A program made the translations under genes and the position numbers. DNA of 63,327 bases, counting the filler, from Stramenopiles sp. TOSAG23-6 (taxonomy: Eukaryota): the NCBI GenBank assembly GCA_900128565.1. It is 9 parts of 9 records of this genome, joined end to end, with 100 filler letters (N's around TTAATTAATTAA, not from the genome) between each part and the next. Parts side by side here need not be neighbours in the genome. Positions count along the whole stretch, not along the records: positions 61,031 to 62,129 come from LT639731.1; positions 62,230 to 63,327 come from LT639732.1; 7 more parts are not named here. One strand, 5' to 3'. The notes under the pieces were generated by a model. It had not been told where the DNA came from. It made no database searches and worked only from the letters and a program-made list of their open reading frames with translations. Shown here in pieces: positions 61,037-63,327 of this stretch (position 1 is the first letter of the stretch; each line of letters opens with the position of its first letter).

Positions 61037-61435
61037 GTGACAGATATTGGAACTACAATAAAAGTATATCGGGCAAGTCTCTCTCGCTGGTTTGTCGCCT
61101 ATATTACTGATTTTGATGTTCGAGATGGTGGTACACATAGACTTAGATATGAAAAATTAGGCACGAATAGTAATGAAGTATGGATGCATATGCAGAATAA
61201 TAAACATGTTGTAATTCAATCATCTGATGAGTTAAAGGGAGATCAACGAATGCGTCGAAGTAGGGGTTTTTCGAACATTTCCCTGAAGCACCACACATCA
61301 GAAGTAAATGATATCTCTAAAAAATCACTCGGTGTTTTACCACCAGCACTGGTGGAAGCATATGGCTTTGCATTTGGGCGTGAAAAGGGCACAAAAACTG
61401 TTGTTAAAGAAAAGGAGCCATCATTTTATTGTTAG
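61037..61435 (+). CDS. 3' fragment of a protein with a Tudor-like domain
   Basis: IGTTIKVY.....WF.A.ITDFD....HRLRYE pattern; 5' end in gap. Confidence 0.5.
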   Translation: MTDIGTTIKVYRASLSRWFVAYITDFDVRDGGTHRLRYEKLGTNSNEVWMHMQNNKHVVIQSSDELKGDQRMRRSRGFSNISLKHHTSEVNDISKKSLGVLPPALVEAYGFAFGREKGTKTVVKEKEPSFYC

Positions 61436-62129
61436 TTTTATCATGAAGCTACACGCATTTGCCGCAACACTTCGCTCGTGTTGAGCATCGAGGACAATAT
61501 TTCTTGCAATTTGACTAGATAAATTCGCATTCTTTGCTGCTGACATTGCAATAAAAGCAGTTTGTTTTATACATGTTAATTTTTTGTTTAAATATTCTAC
61601 AGAAATCACTTGGCATGCTTCATCAATTGAACGTATTGCAGAATAAACAGATGAAGCTGCGACGAACGCTGCTGTAGCAATAATTCCTTTTTTTGCTTCC
61701 TCATTTTTTTTCATTTTTAAAATTTTTTCACAATCATTCATTTGTTCATGTATTTTGGAAAAATATTTCGATTTTGTTTTCGTTAGGTACAAAATTTTTA
61801 TAAAAAAATAAAAATTGAAAAAAAAAAAAAACATACATGAGCAGCAACGGCAACAAAATCACCACTGAAACCACAATTAAATTTACACTTAAAATTTGCA
61901 AAACCTCCTAACAATCTTGCGATACCACGACCCTGTTTTTTTTTGGTTGGTGATTTTACCTTTTTCGGTGTAATTTTACATTTTTTTTGTTTTCGACATG
62001 TATTGTGAAACAATATTTTTTTTAGTATAATAAAATTTGTTAGGTACGGAATTTCGTATGAAAAAAATATTTAGATAAAAAATTGTTAAAAAATTCAATT
62101 TTGAAAAGGTACACTCTTCCAATGAATTG
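61421..62129 (-). CDS. Hypothetical protein, 3' fragment; introns 61998-62112, 61748-61836
   Basis: Exons join in frame (EE|CRKQ, AAH|EQMN). Confidence 0.55.
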
Positions 62130-62291
62130 NNNNNNNNNNNNNNNNNNNNNNNNNNNNNNNNNNNNNNNNNNNNTTAATTAATTAANNNNNNNNNNNNNNN
62201 NNNNNNNNNNNNNNNNNNNNNNNNNNNNNAATTTCGTACGAAAAAAAAATTTCAAAAAAAAATTCAAATTTAAAAATAAAATAAAACGTAT

Positions 62292-62858
62292 ATATGTCTT
62301 GACAGCTTCGTCCCGGGTAATGACTTTCATAGAATCACCAAAACCTAATGTAGCAAATTTCGGTTTTGTTCCATTCGAGTATAGACGATTGATCCATTTT
62401 TTACCCGTGTTTTTTGTATGACTTTTTTTAGTAGGGTTAGGGCTATGACTTTTTTTAGGGTTAGGGTTAGGGGTATCACTTTTTGTATGACTTGATTTTG
62501 TTTTTTCATAGTTATATGATGTATAAGAAATACGTTTTTTTGCTTTATCGTATGTATCCTCTTTATCTAGTTCTTCTATTTGTGTATGCTTTTGAATATC
62601 TGTAGTGTTTATATATTTTCTTGATTCCAGTCTATTTTTTTGTTTGTTTAATTTTGTTTTACTTCGATTATCTTCCACTGCAGAACGCATTTTAGCCACA
62701 CTTTTTTGACATTCTTTCATAAATGTCAAATGTTTTTCTGAAGATACAGATGTAATTGGTGTGTCTGCAAGTAATGTATGTAGAATATGGTGCTTTGGTT
62801 TTGTTTTCTTCTTTGTTGTATGACGTCGAGGCTTGTGAAATTGTAGATGTTTTGTCAT
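62292..62858 (-). CDS. Lys-rich hypothetical protein, exon 1
   Basis: ORF from ATG to a family intron with an ATACGT donor at 62291. Confidence 0.55.
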
Positions 62859-63189
62859 TTTTTAAGAGACTATTTCGTTAGTTTATCGGTGATTAGTATA
62901 CCTATTGCTTATATATATCGAAATACACCCTACCTTGTTGAAGATACTTTACAATGTAGCATTATAGTAACATTACATAAAATAATCTATTGATAAAGTA
63001 TGTAGTATTGTCATGCAATGTACACGTTCAATACATTTGATGGATGATAATAGGAATCGTAGTCAGATCTGTCCTGTCAAACATGAAAATGTAACTAAAA
63101 AAAAACAAAAGGACAAAAGTAACTGTCGTTTTTAGCATACTGTACATATTGTTAGTATCATTGTTAGCGTATCTCTACAATTACTTACA

Positions 63190-63327
63190 ATGAGTATTCT
63201 CGCCCGTACATACAAACGAACGAAAGATGAAGAAGAAGTTTTTCAACTTTTTCAACGAGTTTTTAGCGGATTAGGTCCTGCTCTTATAATTACCAGCTTT
63301 TTAACTCTGAAAGAAAGACTTTCTGGG
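63190..63327 (+). CDS. Start of a hypothetical (possibly F-box-like) protein, runs off window
   Basis: Open frame MSILARTY...LIITSFLTLKERL. Confidence 0.35.
   Translation, partial: MSILARTYKRTKDEEEVFQLFQRVFSGLGPALIITSFLTLKERLSG

Larger units (their letters stand above)
1..62291. mobile_element. Dispersed introner-like intron family, ~55 copies, always in sense orientation within genes; consensus GTAYGTTTT-(T-rich)-TTTCGTACGAAA-TTTTGTACCTAAC-(A/T)-GAAATATTTTTYCAMAATAC-NN
   Basis: Near-identical motif block repeated throughout the window; it shows up in the ORF track as FFRTKFCT, YEILYLT, RNFVPN and KYFSKIH. Removing it restores reading frames of ProRS, CDPK, PHD, WW, CFAP47 and ERGIC genes. 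Short terminal inverted repeat GTAT(G)TTTT/AAAATAC, with a flanking 2-nt duplication. Confidence 0.9.

Noticed and set aside
1-62291. Repeated palindromic motif as a CRISPR array or bacterial REP element
   Set aside because: Copies are dispersed inside eukaryotic genes and behave as introns; no regular spacers and no cas genes

Overview
AT-rich eukaryotic DNA, most likely from a flagellated protist. A stramenopile is my inference from the gene content: CFAP47, CDPK, a PDI-C-type ERGIC protein and an LRR/IQ/WW protein. The window is a concatenation of unrelated contigs, mostly about 8.6 kb, joined by artificial N-TTAATTAATTAA-N linkers. It holds about 30 protein-coding genes or gene fragments, including RPB3, a VAP/MSP protein, prolyl-tRNA synthetase, RCC1/LRR/Sel1/TPR repeat proteins, CDPK, BAH and PHD proteins, FKBP, CFAP47, a cAMP-receptor-like GPCR and an ERGIC-thioredoxin. 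The dominant signal is one repetitive family of about 55 short (mostly 90-145 nt) introner-like introns: GTAYGTTTT...TTTCGTACGAAA-TTTTGTACCTAAC...GAAATATTTTTYCAMAATAC-NN. Restoring conserved protein motifs shows most of them do not end in AG. By hand count about 38 end in AT, 7 in AG, 3 in TT and 2 in GT. Some nearby CAGs are skipped, up to three donors read AT instead of GT, and the terminal dinucleotide usually copies the last two exon bases, like a 2-bp target-site duplication. This points to a transposon-derived intron system with a position-defined, AG-independent 3' splice site and an atypical TACCTAAC branch motif. Secondary signals are about 20 interstitial (TTAGGG)n tracts, many in frame inside genes as Asn-Pro or Leu-Gly; pervasive ~9-bp tandem duplications; and an over-represented ACACGAAA motif. 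All splice calls are inferred from reading frame and protein conservation, not from transcripts.
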